From positions 64,001-128,000 of the forward strand of contig CAXRCZ010000004.1 of NCBI GenBank assembly GCA_964229335.1: a stretch of DNA of 64,000 bases, written 5' to 3'. The notes under the pieces were generated by a model, which worked only from the letters and a program-made list of their open reading frames with translations, was not told the origin of the DNA and did not search any database. The number at the start of each line of letters is the position of its first letter. The stretch's first letter is position 1. Origin of the DNA: Minisyncoccia bacterium. GTDB taxonomy: Bacteria > Patescibacteriota > Minisyncoccia > Phycocordibacterales > UBA918. This document shows positions 1 through 12,042 of the stretch, piece after piece. The translations under genes were made by a program, and so were the position numbers.

Positions 1-1227
1 GACAATGGTCAGATTGCAGTAGGGCAGAATGCCTTGGTTGCTTTCATGAGCTGGAACGGAGCTAACTACGAAGACGCGATTATTATCTCTGAACGAATGG
101 TAAAAGAGAGTAAGTTCTCTACTATTCACCTTGATGAACTAGAAGTGTCAGTACGAGATACTAAATTGGGTCCTGAAGTTACTACTCCTGATATTCCTAA
201 TGTATCTGAACTAAAGCTTCGCAACCTAGATGAAACCGGAGTAATTCGCATTGGTGCTGAAGTACGGCCAGGAGACATTCTGGTTGGGAAAGTGACTCCA
301 AAAGGTGAGACCCAACTAACACCAGAAGAACGACTACTCCGCTCTATCTTTGGAGAAAAAGCCAAAGACGTGAAGGATTCTTCTTTGCGATTAGAAGCAG
401 GGAAGCGCGGTCGAGTAATCGGAGTCAAGATTTTCTCACGCGAAAATGGCGATCAGCTAGATAGCGGTGTTATCAAGCGAATCCACATCACAGTGGCGCA
501 AGTGCGAAATGTTTCCGTTGGAGACAAGCTAGCTGGACGTCACGGTAACAAAGGAGTTATCTCTCGCATTCTTCCAGAAGAAGACATGCCATACACCGAA
601 GACGGTCGTCCAATCGATATTCTTCTTACCCCGCTGGGAGTTCCTTCTCGTATGAACCTCGGTCAGATTCTTGAACTACACTTAGGTATGGCTGCCAACA
701 CTCTTGGCTATCAAGCCATCGTGCCGCCGTTTGCCGGAGCAGATCAAAATGATGTGAAATCAGAGCTTAAAGAAGCTGGTTTGCCTGAAGACGGTAAAAT
801 CCAACTTAGAGACGGTACTACTGGAGAACAATTTGCACAAAAAACTGCGGTTGGATACATGTATATCTTGAAACTTCACCACATGGTAGAAGACAAGATT
901 CACATGCGTTCAATTGGTCCATACTCACTGATCACTCAGCAACCACTTGGTGGTAAGGCGCAAATCGGAGGTCAGCGGTTTGGAGAAATGGAAGTCTGGG
1001 CCCTCCTTGGATACGGAGCTGCCTATACACTCCGAGAAATGCTGACTATCAAGTCCGACGATATTGTCGGCCGGTCAGCCGCCTTTGACGCTATCGTACG
1101 CGGAGAAAAAATCTCTCACCCACATACACCAGCCGCTTTCAACGTGCTTCTAAACCAGCTTCGCGGTTTGGCGCTTGATGTGAAATTGGAACGAGAAGAT
1201 ACCCGTCGTAATTATGAGACCAAATAA
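1..1227 (+). CDS. rpoB: DNA-directed RNA polymerase subunit beta, C-terminal part (5' truncated by window)
   Basis: Motifs [20 protein letters not shown] and GGQRFGEME; the frame is open to the window start. Confidence 0.99.
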   Translation, partial: DNGQIAVGQNALVAFMSWNGANYEDAIIISERMVKESKFSTIHLDELEVSVRDTKLGPEVTTPDIPNVSELKLRNLDETGVIRIGAEVRPGDILVGKVTPKGETQLTPEERLLRSIFGEKAKDVKDSSLRLEAGKRGRVIGVKIFSRENGDQLDSGVIKRIHITVAQVRNVSVGDKLAGRHGNKGVISRILPEEDMPYTEDGRPIDILLTPLGVPSRMNLGQILELHLGMAANTLGYQAIVPPFAGADQNDVKSELKEAGLPEDGKIQLRDGTTGEQFAQKTAVGYMYILKLHHMVEDKIHMRSIGPYSLITQQPLGGKAQIGGQRFGEMEVWALLGYGAAYTLREMLTIKSDDIVGRSAAFDAIVRGEKISHPHTPAAFNVLLNQLRGLALDVKLEREDTRRNYETK

Positions 1228-4200
1228 TCCCTCTCTTATGTCTGAAACAACTTTCAAAAAGAGTGCTCCGATTCCAACAAATTACACCGGAGTGCACCTA
1301 CAACTAGCTTCACCAGAGACAATCCTTGATTGGTCTTGGGGAGAGGTTACCAAACCAGAAACCATCAACTACCGGACACAACGACCGGAAAAGCATGGTT
1401 TGTTCGATGAACGTATTTTTGGTCCAGTTGAAGACTATGAATGTTCATGTAAAAAGTATCGTGGAATTCGTTACAAAGGGATTGTTTGTGAAAAATGTGG
1501 CGTAGAGGTAACTCGCTCTATCGTACGTCGAGATCGTATGGGTCATATTGATCTTTGTGTACCAGTGTCTCACATTTGGTTCCTGCGTGGTGTGCCTAGC
1601 CGAATCGCCATGATTCTCGGTATCACTGCTACATCAGTAGAAAAAGTAATTTACTTTGCTGGTTATATCGTAACTAAGGTCAGTGAAGGAGACCGAGCTC
1701 GTATCCTGAGTGAGCTAGACGCTGAATACAAAAGCAAAGCCAAAGAACTCAAAAACGAAGAAGCCAAAGAAGCTCTCAAGTCTCGGATGGAAGAGACCAA
1801 GAAAGAGATTACTAGCATCGAATACGGAACTGTACTGGACGAAGCTACTTTCCACAAATACTCAATCAAGTACAGTACGTTGTTTGAAGCCAAAATTGGT
1901 GCGGAAGCAATCTACGACCTATTCAAGAATCTTCATATCGGAAATCTGATTGAAGAACTAGAAGATCGTTATACCAAAGCTGGTGCGATGGAGCGCGCAA
2001 AGCTCGACAAGCGACTAGCATTGCTACGTGGTATGGAGCACGCTGAAGTACGACCTGAATGGTTGTTCCTAACCCGTATCCCCGTCATTCCTCCTGCTAT
2101 TCGACCAATGGTAGCACTTGAAGGTGGTCGCCATGCGTCTTCTGATCTTAACGACCTATACCGACGCGTAATCAACCGTAACAACCGGCTCAAAAAACTA
2201 ATTGATATCCAAGCACCAGACGTAATCTTGCGTAACGAGAAACGTATCTTGCAAGAAGCCGTCGATGCTTTAATCGATAACTCAATTCGTCATGGTGGCG
2301 GGGCATACTCAGCCATGAGTCAAGCGCAACGTCGTCCGCTTAAGTCACTTTCTGACTACCTTAAGAGCAAGCAAGGTTACTTCCGTCAAAACCTGCTCGG
2401 AAAACGTGTAGACTATTCTGGACGTTCGGTAATTGTGATTGGACCTGATCTTGCTCTTGATCAATGTGGTCTACCTAAACACATGGCTCTAGAACTTTTC
2501 CGTCCGTTTGTGGTGGCTGAACTCTTGAAGCAAGAACTCGCATACAACATTCGTGGCGCTGGACGTTTGATTGAAGACGGAGTGCCAGAAGTGTGGGCGA
2601 TTCTTGAAAATATCATCAAGCAAAAACACGTACTCTTGAACCGAGCGCCGACGCTCCACCGACAAGGTATTCAGGCGTTCCGACCAGTATTGATTGAAGG
2701 TAACGCGATCCAAGTTCACCCATTAGTTTGTCGCGCATTCAACGCTGACTTTGATGGTGACCAAATGGCCGTTCACGTACCTCTGTCTGAAGAAGCGCAA
2801 ACCGAAGCTCGTTCATTCATCTCAGCTAACAAGAACATTCTAAAACCAGGTTCATCAGAACCAGTGGTCTCTGAAAAATTACTCGACATGGCTCTTGGAG
2901 CGTATTGGATGACCAAGGTGGTCGAAGGCGCAAAAGGTGAAGGGAAGTACTTTTCATCACCAAACGACGCTATCAACGCTCATGATTATGGTCTGATTGA
3001 TTTCCGAGCCAAGGTTAATGTATTAGCGACTGACACACCAAAATACGCTCAGTTTGAAGGACAAATCTTTGAAACTTCAGTGGGACGATTGTTATTCAAC
3101 TCAGTATTGCCAAGTGACCACAGCTTTATTAATGATGTGGTTTCGCAAAAGACTTTGTTCCAAATCATCATTGACATCATTGATGATCGAGGTGCAGAAG
3201 CGGTACCGGCTATTGTCGACAAGCTAAAGAAATTCGGCTTCAAGTACGCCACTATGTCGGGTATTACTTGGGGAATTGATGAAGTAGTTATTCCAAAAGA
3301 AAAAACTGCTATCATCGAAAAAGCTCGTGAAGAAGAACGAGAAATTATCGAACATTACGATGAAGGACTCCTATCTCGCGATGAGCGACGACGGATGATG
3401 GTAGAAGTGTGGCACCGTGCCAAAACAGAAATCGAAAAAGCACTTCCAAGTACACTAAGTGAAGACGGTTCAGCGTACGAAATGTGGAAGTCAGGTGCTC
3501 GAGGATCACTCGGACAAATCGCACAGATGGCAGGTATGAAAGGTCTTATTGTTAACACTCGAGGTGAGACACTCGAAACACCGATTATCTCATCAATGAA
3601 GGAAGGATTGACTCCAATTGAGTACTTCAACACTACTCACGGTTCACGAAAAGGTCTGGCTGACACTGCCTTGCAGACTGCAAAAGCCGGATACCTTACT
3701 CGTCGACTCTTTGTGGTAGCACAAGACGCTATTGTCACCGAGGCTGATTGTAAAACTAAGGCGGGTACTACCATTAACCGCATCTCTGCTTCAGGTATCG
3801 AAATTGCGTTCTCTAAAGCCATCAAAGGTCGAATCCTTTCAGAAGATGCATTAGACGCAAAAGGTAATGTCATCTTTAAAAAAGGTCATTTGCTCTCACG
3901 TCGTGACGCTATTGCTATCGAAGAGACTACTTGCGAATCAGTTACAGTTCGTTCTCCAATGACATGTAAGACACTCCGTGGAGTTTGTCAGCAGTGTTAC
4001 GGTATTGATCTCACCACTAATCAGTTGGTGGATATCGGTGAGGCAGTAGGAACCGTCGCTGCCCAAGCGATTGGTGAACCGGGTACCCAGCTTACGATGA
4101 ACACCAAACACGCCGGAGGTGCCGCCTCTGCTGGTGGAGACGTAACGTCTGGACTTCCGCGTGTAGAAGAAGTGTTTGAAAAACGACAACCTAAAGTACC

Positions 4201-4897
4201 AGCTGTAATCAGTAAATACGAAGGACAAGTAGTTGAAGTACGAATTGACGGACGCTCTCGCATTATCGTGGTTGCTCCAGATATGACTGCTACTGGCGCA
4301 CCGAAGAAAAAAGATAATATCGAGTACGAAGTACACCCACTTAGAACAGTTGCTGTTTCCAAAGGTGATACTGTAGTGCCTGGTCAACTAATGACTGATG
4401 GTTCTGCATTACTACCAGAATTGTTTAAGTTTGGTGGTCAAGAGCTCACTCAAGATTATATTATTTCTGAAGTTAACAAGATCTACGAACTGCAAGGTGT
4501 GACTATTGCGCGCAAACACATCGAATTGATTGTGAAGCAAATGATGTCACGCATGAAGATTACTGACCGTGGTGAAAGTCGTTTTGCTAACGGTGAAGTG
4601 GTAGAAGAATGGACACTAGTAGAAGAAAATAATCGATTGAAAGAAGAAGGGAAGCAGGTTGCAAAAGGTGATCGACAAATTCTCGGTATCACCGAAACTT
4701 CTCTCACTCGAAAGAGTTTCCTTTCTGCCGCGTCATTCCAAAACACTACCCGAGTACTTATTAATGCAGCCGTACGCGGTAGCCATGACAATCTTGCGGG
4801 ACTGATGGAAAACGTAATAATCGGTAAACTTATTCCAGCCGGATCAGGCTTTGAAGGGAGTAAGAAGTATCAGATGATTCAAGATCTCCAAGACTAG
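1214..4897 (+). CDS. rpoC: DNA-directed RNA polymerase subunit beta' (alternative start 1238)
   Basis: Catalytic [10 protein letters not shown]-terminal Zn cysteines, [13 protein letters not shown]; follows rpoB. Confidence 0.99.
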   Translation: MRPNNPSLMSETTFKKSAPIPTNYTGVHLQLASPETILDWSWGEVTKPETINYRTQRPEKHGLFDERIFGPVEDYECSCKKYRGIRYKGIVCEKCGVEVTRSIVRRDRMGHIDLCVPVSHIWFLRGVPSRIAMILGITATSVEKVIYFAGYIVTKVSEGDRARILSELDAEYKSKAKELKNEEAKEALKSRMEETKKEITSIEYGTVLDEATFHKYSIKYSTLFEAKIGAEAIYDLFKNLHIGNLIEELEDRYTKAGAMERAKLDKRLALLRGMEHAEVRPEWLFLTRIPVIPPAIRPMVALEGGRHASSDLNDLYRRVINRNNRLKKLIDIQAPDVILRNEKRILQEAVDALIDNSIRHGGGAYSAMSQAQRRPLKSLSDYLKSKQGYFRQNLLGKRVDYSGRSVIVIGPDLALDQCGLPKHMALELFRPFVVAELLKQELAYNIRGAGRLIEDGVPEVWAILENIIKQKHVLLNRAPTLHRQGIQAFRPVLIEGNAIQVHPLVCRAFNADFDGDQMAVHVPLSEEAQTEARSFISANKNILKPGSSEPVVSEKLLDMALGAYWMTKVVEGAKGEGKYFSSPNDAINAHDYGLIDFRAKVNVLATDTPKYAQFEGQIFETSVGRLLFNSVLPSDHSFINDVVSQKTLFQIIIDIIDDRGAEAVPAIVDKLKKFGFKYATMSGITWGIDEVVIPKEKTAIIEKAREEEREIIEHYDEGLLSRDERRRMMVEVWHRAKTEIEKALPSTLSEDGSAYEMWKSGARGSLGQIAQMAGMKGLIVNTRGETLETPIISSMKEGLTPIEYFNTTHGSRKGLADTALQTAKAGYLTRRLFVVAQDAIVTEADCKTKAGTTINRISASGIEIAFSKAIKGRILSEDALDAKGNVIFKKGHLLSRRDAIAIEETTCESVTVRSPMTCKTLRGVCQQCYGIDLTTNQLVDIGEAVGTVAAQAIGEPGTQLTMNTKHAGGAASAGGDVTSGLPRVEEVFEKRQPKVPAVISKYEGQVVEVRIDGRSRIIVVAPDMTATGAPKKKDNIEYEVHPLRTVAVSKGDTVVPGQLMTDGSALLPELFKFGGQELTQDYIISEVNKIYELQGVTIARKHIELIVKQMMSRMKITDRGESRFANGEVVEEWTLVEENNRLKEEGKQVAKGDRQILGITETSLTRKSFLSAASFQNTTRVLINAAVRGSHDNLAGLMENVIIGKLIPAGSGFEGSKKYQMIQDLQD

Positions 4898-4918
4898 AGT
4901 ACGACTCATAAAATGAGA

Positions 4919-4960
4919 ATAAAAAAGACCGCCGGCCGCAAGACCGGCGGTCTTTTTTAT
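4919..4960 (+). terminator. Intrinsic terminator after rpoC
   Basis: AAAAAAGACCGCCGG ... CCGGCGGTCTTTTTT inverted repeat with T-tract. Confidence 0.85.
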
Positions 4961-4976
4961 CATGTATACTACTCAC

Positions 4977-6713
4977 ATGAGCGACTCGGTGCAGGAAATA
5001 AAAGACAGATTGAGTATCACAGACGTAATTGCGCCATATGTTGAACTCCATAAAGCTGGTAAAAATTACAAAGGCAAATCACCTTTCACGAGTGAAAAAA
5101 CCCCGTCTTTTTTTGTGTCGCCTGATCGAGGAATGTACTACTGCTTTTCGACCTCTCAAGGTGGAGATATGTTTACCTTTATACAATCGATGGAGGGGGT
5201 TGATTTTAAAGGAGCGCTAAAAATTCTAGCCGAAAAAGCTGGTGTTGAACTCGTGCCTGAAGCACCAGAAAAGCGCTCTGCTCGAGATCGGGCGTACTTG
5301 TGTCTTGAGACAGCCAAAGAATTCTATGTACGACAGTTAGAATTAAATAAGGAAGCTAAAGAATACTTAAAAAATCGCGGGGTAAATGATCTCACTATCG
5401 GAAAGTGGTCGATTGGGTACGCACCAGGACCACCGCAGCACGGTTGGAGAGAATTAAAGGAAGCATTAGAAAATAAGGGTTTCACCAAAGAAGAATTGTT
5501 GTCAGTTGGCCTCATCAAAACCACTGATAGCGGCAAAGAACCTTTTGATGTCTTTCGAGACCGAATTGTGTTTCCGATGAATGATACTGCCGGCAGAACG
5601 GTTGCTTTCTCGGGGAGAATCTTAAGTAAAGATTCTGAGGCACCAAAGTACGTCAATTCACCAGAAACCGACTACTATAAAAAGTCCGAATTGTTGTTTG
5701 GCTACGACAAGGCTAAGGCAGGTATTAGAACTTTGGGATTCTCACTGATTGTGGAAGGACAATTTGATGTAGTGATGTGTCATCAGGCTGGCTACCACAA
5801 CTCAGTGGCCGTATCTGGAACTGCTCTCACTATAAAGCACGTACAGCTTTTAGAGAGATTGGCTGACCGAGTTGTCTTAGCACTAGATTCTGACAAGGCT
5901 GGTATTGCTGCCATGAAGCGAGCCGCAGACTTAATGTTACGACGGGGAATTGATATAAAAGTAGCTGAAATGCCAGACGGAAGCGATCCGGCTGATTTGA
6001 TAGCTGATGACGCGCGAAACTTTAAAAAAGTAATTGGTAAATCCGTCCATGTCATAGAATTTTTGCTGCATATTTTGACTAAGCAGTACGAAGATACAAG
6101 AACTCTTAAGTTAAAAGCGAGAGAAGAAATATTACCTTTTATACATTTATTACCAAATCGTATTGACCAAGACCATTTTGTGAGCGTAGTTGCCAAAGCC
6201 ATTGGCACTACGACCGAAGCGGTTAGGTATGAACTAGAACGGTTACGACTACAAGATACCAGTGATCACTCGGTGACAGAAGATAGGGAAGAGCCGAGCA
6301 TCATTTCTAAAGCTAGTGATCAGCTTATGAGCACTCGAATCTTTATCGAAGGGACGTTGGAAATTGCTCCAGCGGAGATACAAAAAACTGCCCAAGCAAA
6401 ATACGATGAGTTTCAAAAACTTGCTTCAGGGTGGGTAGAATTACCTAAGGACGAGGTAGCCAAGACATCTTTCATACTAGAACAGCAATACACTAAAGTT
6501 CCTGATTTGGTGGTAGCTGAAGAGCTAGCATCGAAACTGTCGCAACTGCGGACACTATTAGTACGAAACCAGTTAGCTACGGCAAAACAGCAGTTGGCAG
6601 AACTTGATAATAAGGTAGACGATCAAAAATTTACTGACACATTATCAGTAATCAAAAAATGCGAAGAACAACTTCGCATTGAGCCAATACAACCAGAAGA
6701 CTTGTTATCTTAA
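4977..6713 (+). CDS. dnaG: DNA primase
   Basis: N-terminal Zn-binding-domain-like region, FRDRIVFP, PKYVNSPET, Toprim VEGQFD and DSD; start chosen 6 nt after TATACT. Confidence 0.97.
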   Translation: MSDSVQEIKDRLSITDVIAPYVELHKAGKNYKGKSPFTSEKTPSFFVSPDRGMYYCFSTSQGGDMFTFIQSMEGVDFKGALKILAEKAGVELVPEAPEKRSARDRAYLCLETAKEFYVRQLELNKEAKEYLKNRGVNDLTIGKWSIGYAPGPPQHGWRELKEALENKGFTKEELLSVGLIKTTDSGKEPFDVFRDRIVFPMNDTAGRTVAFSGRILSKDSEAPKYVNSPETDYYKKSELLFGYDKAKAGIRTLGFSLIVEGQFDVVMCHQAGYHNSVAVSGTALTIKHVQLLERLADRVVLALDSDKAGIAAMKRAADLMLRRGIDIKVAEMPDGSDPADLIADDARNFKKVIGKSVHVIEFLLHILTKQYEDTRTLKLKAREEILPFIHLLPNRIDQDHFVSVVAKAIGTTTEAVRYELERLRLQDTSDHSVTEDREEPSIISKASDQLMSTRIFIEGTLEIAPAEIQKTAQAKYDEFQKLASGWVELPKDEVAKTSFILEQQYTKVPDLVVAEELASKLSQLRTLLVRNQLATAKQQLAELDNKVDDQKFTDTLSVIKKCEEQLRIEPIQPEDLLS

Positions 6714-6722
6714 TCTATCGGC

Positions 6723-6750
6723 TAGACAAATAAGGTATTTTCTGTATAGT
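6723..6750 (+). promoter_or_regulatory. Sigma70-type promoter of rpoD
   Basis: TAGACA-16 nt-TATAGT, ATG 8 nt downstream. Confidence 0.6.
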
Positions 6751-6758
6751 AGGCGCAC

Positions 6759-8084
6759 ATGGCAGCCAAGAAAGCCACAAAAAAAGTAGCAAAGAAAACG
6801 GTCAAAAAAACCGTAAAAAACACCAAAAAAGCTCCCGCAAAAAAAGCCGTTGCGGCAAAGAAGACTGGAGCGAAAAAAACCACCGCTAAGAAAACAGCGA
6901 AGAAAACTACTAAAAAAACAGCGAGCAAAAAGACTGCTCCAAAGAAGAAACCAGCGACCAAAAAAGTCGCGACTAAGAAAACCGAACCGGTAAAAAAGAA
7001 GCTCACTCGGAGTGAAAAACTGCTCGAAGTAAAAGCGGCTGATTTGATGCAGCTAGGTAAGGAACGAGGATACGTCACATATGACGAACTCTTGCGGTCG
7101 TTCCCAGAGATTGAAAAGAATGTCGAATTCCTCGATAAGCTTTACGACCGATTTTCAACTGCCGCTATTGATGTGCTTCAGAGTGGCGGCATGCTTGGTG
7201 AAGATCCAAGTGCAGAAGTGCTCGCACAAAAGAACAGCTTTAAACGAAGTGATAGCGGCTATGACTCTATCCAAATGTATTTACGCGAAATTGGACAATA
7301 CCCACTCCTAAATGCACAAGAAGAAAAGGATTTCGCCAAGCGTATTCTAGAAGGCGATGAAGAAGCACGGCATCAACTAGCCCGAGCCAACCTCCGTTTG
7401 GTTGTATCAATCGCCAAGAAATACGTTGGTCGTTCACCAGATCTCACGCTATTAGACTTGATTCAGGAAGGTAATCTTGGTCTCTATAAAGCGGTTGATA
7501 AATTTGACTTCACGAAAGGGTTCAAATTCTCAACCTACGCTACTTGGTGGATTCGCCAAGCTATCACTCGAGCGCTAGCTGATCAGTCACGAACCATTCG
7601 TATCCCGGTTCACATGGTAGAAACCATGGCGAAATACAAGCAAGTGTCTCGTCGTCTAGCACAAGACTTTGGGCGTGATCCAATGCCAGAAGAAATCGCT
7701 ACTGAAATGGGAGTTGAAGTAGAAAAGGTCTATCAAATCGAAAAGATTAGCCAAGATACCATCTCTCTCGAGCTACCAGTTGGTGATGATGATGATCGCT
7801 CACGATTGTCCGACTTCATTTCTGACGATAAGATTACTTCACCAGACCAAGAGGTGTCACACAGTATTCTGACTGACCAAATTACCGAAATTCTTGACAG
7901 TTTGTCTGAGAAGGAGCGAAAAATTCTCGAAATGCGTCACGGACTCCTGGATGGTACATACCATACTCTGGAAGAAGTAGGGAAGGAGTTTGGAGTGACC
8001 CGTGAGCGTATTCGTCAAATCGAAGCCAAGGCTTTGGAAAAGATACGCCAAAACGATAAAGCAAGACGTCTAAAATCATATTAA
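6759..8084 (+). CDS. rpoD: Primary sigma factor RpoD/SigA with Lys/Ala-rich N-terminal extension
   Basis: [57 protein letters not shown]. Confidence 0.97.
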   Translation: MAAKKATKKVAKKTVKKTVKNTKKAPAKKAVAAKKTGAKKTTAKKTAKKTTKKTASKKTAPKKKPATKKVATKKTEPVKKKLTRSEKLLEVKAADLMQLGKERGYVTYDELLRSFPEIEKNVEFLDKLYDRFSTAAIDVLQSGGMLGEDPSAEVLAQKNSFKRSDSGYDSIQMYLREIGQYPLLNAQEEKDFAKRILEGDEEARHQLARANLRLVVSIAKKYVGRSPDLTLLDLIQEGNLGLYKAVDKFDFTKGFKFSTYATWWIRQAITRALADQSRTIRIPVHMVETMAKYKQVSRRLAQDFGRDPMPEEIATEMGVEVEKVYQIEKISQDTISLELPVGDDDDRSRLSDFISDDKITSPDQEVSHSILTDQITEILDSLSEKERKILEMRHGLLDGTYHTLEEVGKEFGVTRERIRQIEAKALEKIRQNDKARRLKSY

Positions 8085-8099
8085 AACCATTCTGACTGC

Positions 8100-8141
8100 T
8101 TATAAAACAGGTACGTACTTAGGTACGTACCTGTTTTATAA
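8100..8141 (+). terminator. Intrinsic terminator after rpoD
   Basis: TTATAAAACAGGTACGTAC-TTAG-GTACGTACCTGTTTTATAA, 19-bp stem. Confidence 0.75.
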
Positions 8142-8209
8142 TTAATCTTGATTACAGGAGACATTCGGCACTAACAATGATCAGACAGCAAAATGTTATA
8201 CTGGCCTGC

Positions 8210-11200
8210 ATGAGTACAGTTGGTGAGAAAAAATCTAAAGCTTTTACAGAAGCTTACAAACGGCTAAATACTGCTCAAAAAAAAGCTGTTGATACTATAG
8301 AAGGTCCCGTTATGGTGGTGGCCGGCCCGGGCACCGGAAAAACTACCATGCTGACGCTGCGCATCGCTATGATATTGAAGCAGACAGATGTAGCGCCTGA
8401 GAATATACTAGCTCTCACATTCACCAATTCTGGCGTGCAGGCGGTGCGAAAAAAGCTACAGGAGTATATTGGCGCTGACGCGTATCGAGTCGGTATTTAT
8501 ACTTTTCACTCTTTTGCCGATCATGTGCTAACCAACTATCGATTGTACTTTCCACAATTTGAGTTTTCCCAAGTAATCGATGATTTAGAAAAGGTAAAAA
8601 TTCTAGAAACAATTATTGAAAACGGCAGCTACACCCAAGTGGTTTCTAAACACGATTTATTTTATTCACTCCGCAGAGTTGCGAGTGCTATTGATGAGAT
8701 TAAGCAGGAAGGAATCTCACCAACTGATTTCAGTACACGTATACCACAGTGGGAAACCGAGTTGCTGGCGGCAGATGAGATTCGTTATAAGAAAGATTAC
8801 GGAGATTTCAAAAAAGGAGATATCAAACCTTCAGAACTAGCCAAGGTAAACGATAACGTCGCTCGAGCTCTCGAGATTGCTGTCATATACGAACTGTACC
8901 AGCAAGAATTGGCGGCTAGAAACCGCTATGATTTTTCCGACATGATTCTTACCGTGCTCAGTGAGCTAGAGACTAATGAAAACTTGCGATTGGACCTGCA
9001 AGAACAATATCAATATCTCCATGTAGATGAGCACCAAGATACCAACGAAGGACAAAATAAGTTAATTGAATTTCTTACCAATGCTCCACATCTTGATGGT
9101 CGTCCCAATGTATTTACAGTTGGTGACGAAAAACAATCAATTTATCGCTTTCAAGGAGCTAGTGAAGAGTCTTTTTCATACCTCCAGAATCTCTATAAAG
9201 ATGTCGTCACTATCGAGCTTACCGAAAACTATCGCTCCACCACCCCGGTGCTAGCTGCGGCTGAGACACTAATTAAAAACACTGTTCCGGATACTATTTC
9301 TCTCTCCAGTAACACTAACGAGCAGCGTCCTGTCACCATTGGCGAATTTAGTGATTATAAATACGAGCTTTTGTATGTTGTAGAAAACATTAAAGCAGCT
9401 ATTAAAGAAGGGGTCGCACCAGAAGAAATAGCGGTAATCTATCGCTTTAATAAACATGTAGAAGAACTAAAGCTCCTACTACAGGAGGCAAATCTGCCTT
9501 TTACGGTACTGGCTCGTGATACCTTACTCGATGATAAATCAATAACGATGCTTATTTCGTTGCTTCGTGTGGTAGTAGATCCGTATGATAATCGAGCGTT
9601 AGGCCGACTATTACTAGCTAATTTTTTGCCTTTTTCACCACTTAGTGTCACAAACACCCTGCGTGAGTACGCTCAAAAAAGCCGCAGAGGAGAAGTTAAG
9701 GGACTAATTGATGTTCTACGTGCGGATAAGCAATATACCAACATAATTACACTGATTGACGACTTAAAACAATTCGAAGCCAATCATAGTTTTGCTGAAT
9801 TCTTTAAGTACACTCTGCATGCTAGTGGGTATTTGCAATACACTCTGAAACGCAAAGATAGCGAAACAGCTATGCGTAAGCTGGATACTTTGTTCAGTGA
9901 AGTGAAGCGTCAGTCAGATGCTACAACCAGCTATTCGTTAGCTGATTTTATTTCTTTTGTAGATGCTGAAAATAAATATGGTCTTAATATTGAAGTAAAG
10001 CCGACAGGAAGGCAGCAAGGAGTAATGTGCATGACGGCTCATGGTTCAAAAGGTCTAGAGTATGAGCGTGTGTACCTCATCAACACCACCAGAAACAACT
10101 GGGAAAAACATCGCGGCTTTAGTCCGATTGCTACTCCAATCGCTAGCTACAAGGGTGATTTACATGATGAGCGGCGATTATTCTACGTAGCAATGACCCG
10201 GGCCAAGCAGCATCTCACCATCACATCCTCCGAAATGGATTGGCATGGCAAGGCTATGGAACCAAGTCAGTTTATTAACGAGCTAGACCAAACAGTTACC
10301 GAGCAAATTGATACAGATTCATTTGAATCTTCGCACCACAGTTCTCTGGTCTCATTCTTAAACACCAGCAAGGCAAACCAATCAATCTTTGATGTCGAGT
10401 ACCTGCGAGAACTATTTTTACAAGACAACTTAAGTGTTACTGCGCTGAATAATTATATTGAATGTCCAATTAAATATTTGTTCCGCAATCTTATAAAACT
10501 ACCTGATGTGTATACTCCGGCTCAGCGATACGGACAGGTACTTCACACAGCGTTAGAAAAATTCTTTACCGAGGCTGCAGAAAAGCAACAAATCGGAACC
10601 AAAGCGGAGTTGTTATCGCACTATTTAGAATTATTACCACGAGCCGGCTTTAGTCCAGCTGAACAAGAGCGTTACGCAGATTTGGGACAAGAATCACTAG
10701 CGTCATACTACGAGCAACATCGTCAAGATTGGAGTGTCCATGTAAAGCTTGAAGAGTACGTCAAAATCCCATTTAATCTAGTAAATAATGAAGAGATCAC
10801 TCTTAGCGGTATGATTGATAAAATCGAACTTCTGGAGCAGGGAGATGGCGGAAAGGTGAGAGTAATCGATTACAAATCTGGTGGTTCTTATAGTGAAAAG
10901 TCCAAAGACCAAAAAGCAGCCTTAGAACGCCAACTTCACTTTTATTCGTTATTACTGACAGGCTATAAAGACGGGCTGTACCAAGTAGCAGAAGCAGTGC
11001 TCGATTTTATTGAGCCGAACAAAAAAGGTCAGTTAGAGCAAAAAAGCGTCGTCACAGAACCAGCAGACCTGCGTGACCTAGAGGAGTCAATTCAGAATAT
11101 GGCCACATCTATTTTGGATGGAAGTTTTTTGAAAAACAATTGCCAGGAGAAAGACTGCGAGGCGTGCCAGCTTTATAACGAATTAGAAGTAACCAGCTAG
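8210..11200 (+). CDS. UvrD/PcrA-type SF1 helicase fused to a C-terminal PD-(D/E)XK nuclease (AddA/AdnB-like)
   Basis: AGPGTGKT, VDEHQD, VGDEKQSIYRFQGA, HGSKGLE, YVAMTRAK; nuclease G-IDKIE...IDYKSG; Cys in ECP and C-terminal CQEKDCEAC. Confidence 0.9.
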   Translation: MSTVGEKKSKAFTEAYKRLNTAQKKAVDTIEGPVMVVAGPGTGKTTMLTLRIAMILKQTDVAPENILALTFTNSGVQAVRKKLQEYIGADAYRVGIYTFHSFADHVLTNYRLYFPQFEFSQVIDDLEKVKILETIIENGSYTQVVSKHDLFYSLRRVASAIDEIKQEGISPTDFSTRIPQWETELLAADEIRYKKDYGDFKKGDIKPSELAKVNDNVARALEIAVIYELYQQELAARNRYDFSDMILTVLSELETNENLRLDLQEQYQYLHVDEHQDTNEGQNKLIEFLTNAPHLDGRPNVFTVGDEKQSIYRFQGASEESFSYLQNLYKDVVTIELTENYRSTTPVLAAAETLIKNTVPDTISLSSNTNEQRPVTIGEFSDYKYELLYVVENIKAAIKEGVAPEEIAVIYRFNKHVEELKLLLQEANLPFTVLARDTLLDDKSITMLISLLRVVVDPYDNRALGRLLLANFLPFSPLSVTNTLREYAQKSRRGEVKGLIDVLRADKQYTNIITLIDDLKQFEANHSFAEFFKYTLHASGYLQYTLKRKDSETAMRKLDTLFSEVKRQSDATTSYSLADFISFVDAENKYGLNIEVKPTGRQQGVMCMTAHGSKGLEYERVYLINTTRNNWEKHRGFSPIATPIASYKGDLHDERRLFYVAMTRAKQHLTITSSEMDWHGKAMEPSQFINELDQTVTEQIDTDSFESSHHSSLVSFLNTSKANQSIFDVEYLRELFLQDNLSVTALNNYIECPIKYLFRNLIKLPDVYTPAQRYGQVLHTALEKFFTEAAEKQQIGTKAELLSHYLELLPRAGFSPAEQERYADLGQESLASYYEQHRQDWSVHVKLEEYVKIPFNLVNNEEITLSGMIDKIELLEQGDGGKVRVIDYKSGGSYSEKSKDQKAALERQLHFYSLLLTGYKDGLYQVAEAVLDFIEPNKKGQLEQKSVVTEPADLRDLEESIQNMATSILDGSFLKNNCQEKDCEACQLYNELEVTS

Positions 11201-11206
11201 TAACAA

Positions 11207-11974
11207 CTATTGGGTAGCTGATTCTGTTTGCATGGTGTCGGCTTGGCCGTTACCACCATCCAGCTGACTGATAAGGCTGTCAATCATACTTTTTACAGTT
11301 GAGTATGGTTGAGCACCGTTAATTACCGCTTGTTGGCTTCCAACCACTACGACAGTGTACGGAGTTCCGCGAGCACCAACATTCAGGGCGTCTTCTACAC
11401 TAGCTTCGACTTCGGCGATAGTCTCCCCGCTGTCCATACACGCAGTGTATTCTTCGGCTGAGACTCCAGCTGTTTCGGCGTATTCCGGAATCGCAGTTAC
11501 GTTGGTAGGTTCAGTAGCGTCTCGTTTGTCAAAAATCAAATCTGTAAAAGTCCAAAATGCATCATTACCACCAACTTTTCCTACACAAAGAGCAGCCTGA
11601 CTGATACGAGGAGAGTTTGGGTGTAGCTGAGCAAGTGGGAATTGTCGGTATACCCAGGCAACCCTTCCGGTTACGCCATATTCATCCATGATTCGATTCA
11701 TGGTGGCGTGGTACTGCTTACAAAACGGACAATCATAATCAGAATATTCAATCAACAAGATTGGGGCGTTAGGGTTACCGCGGATATAGTCCCTGTCAGT
11801 GACTGGTGCCGGAGTGCCACTAGCTACTAATTCCGCATCGTCTTCGTTGGTTACTTCGGTTGGCGCATCGGCTCTGCCGGCGGTAAAAAAGATTGCTACC
11901 GCTACCAAAGCAAAACCAATGACGATGGCGATTGGGAGAGTGAGTGATGAATGAGAATTTGAAGTTGGTTCCAT
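11207..11974 (-). CDS. Membrane-anchored DsbA/thioredoxin-fold protein
   Basis: N-terminal TM helix, EYSDYDCPFC, GTP cis-Pro loop, GAQP. Confidence 0.9.
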   Translation of the reverse strand: MEPTSNSHSSLTLPIAIVIGFALVAVAIFFTAGRADAPTEVTNEDDAELVASGTPAPVTDRDYIRGNPNAPILLIEYSDYDCPFCKQYHATMNRIMDEYGVTGRVAWVYRQFPLAQLHPNSPRISQAALCVGKVGGNDAFWTFTDLIFDKRDATEPTNVTAIPEYAETAGVSAEEYTACMDSGETIAEVEASVEDALNVGARGTPYTVVVVGSQQAVINGAQPYSTVKSMIDSLISQLDGGNGQADTMQTESATQ

Positions 11975-12042
11975 GTAAATACAACTATGCTACGAGTATA
12001 AAAAAAGTATAGCATACGGGTTGGCGTGGTATAGTACCGGAT

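Noticed and set aside
6722-7078. 118-aa hydrophobic minus-strand ORF
   Set aside because: Antisense shadow of the Lys-rich rpoD N-terminus
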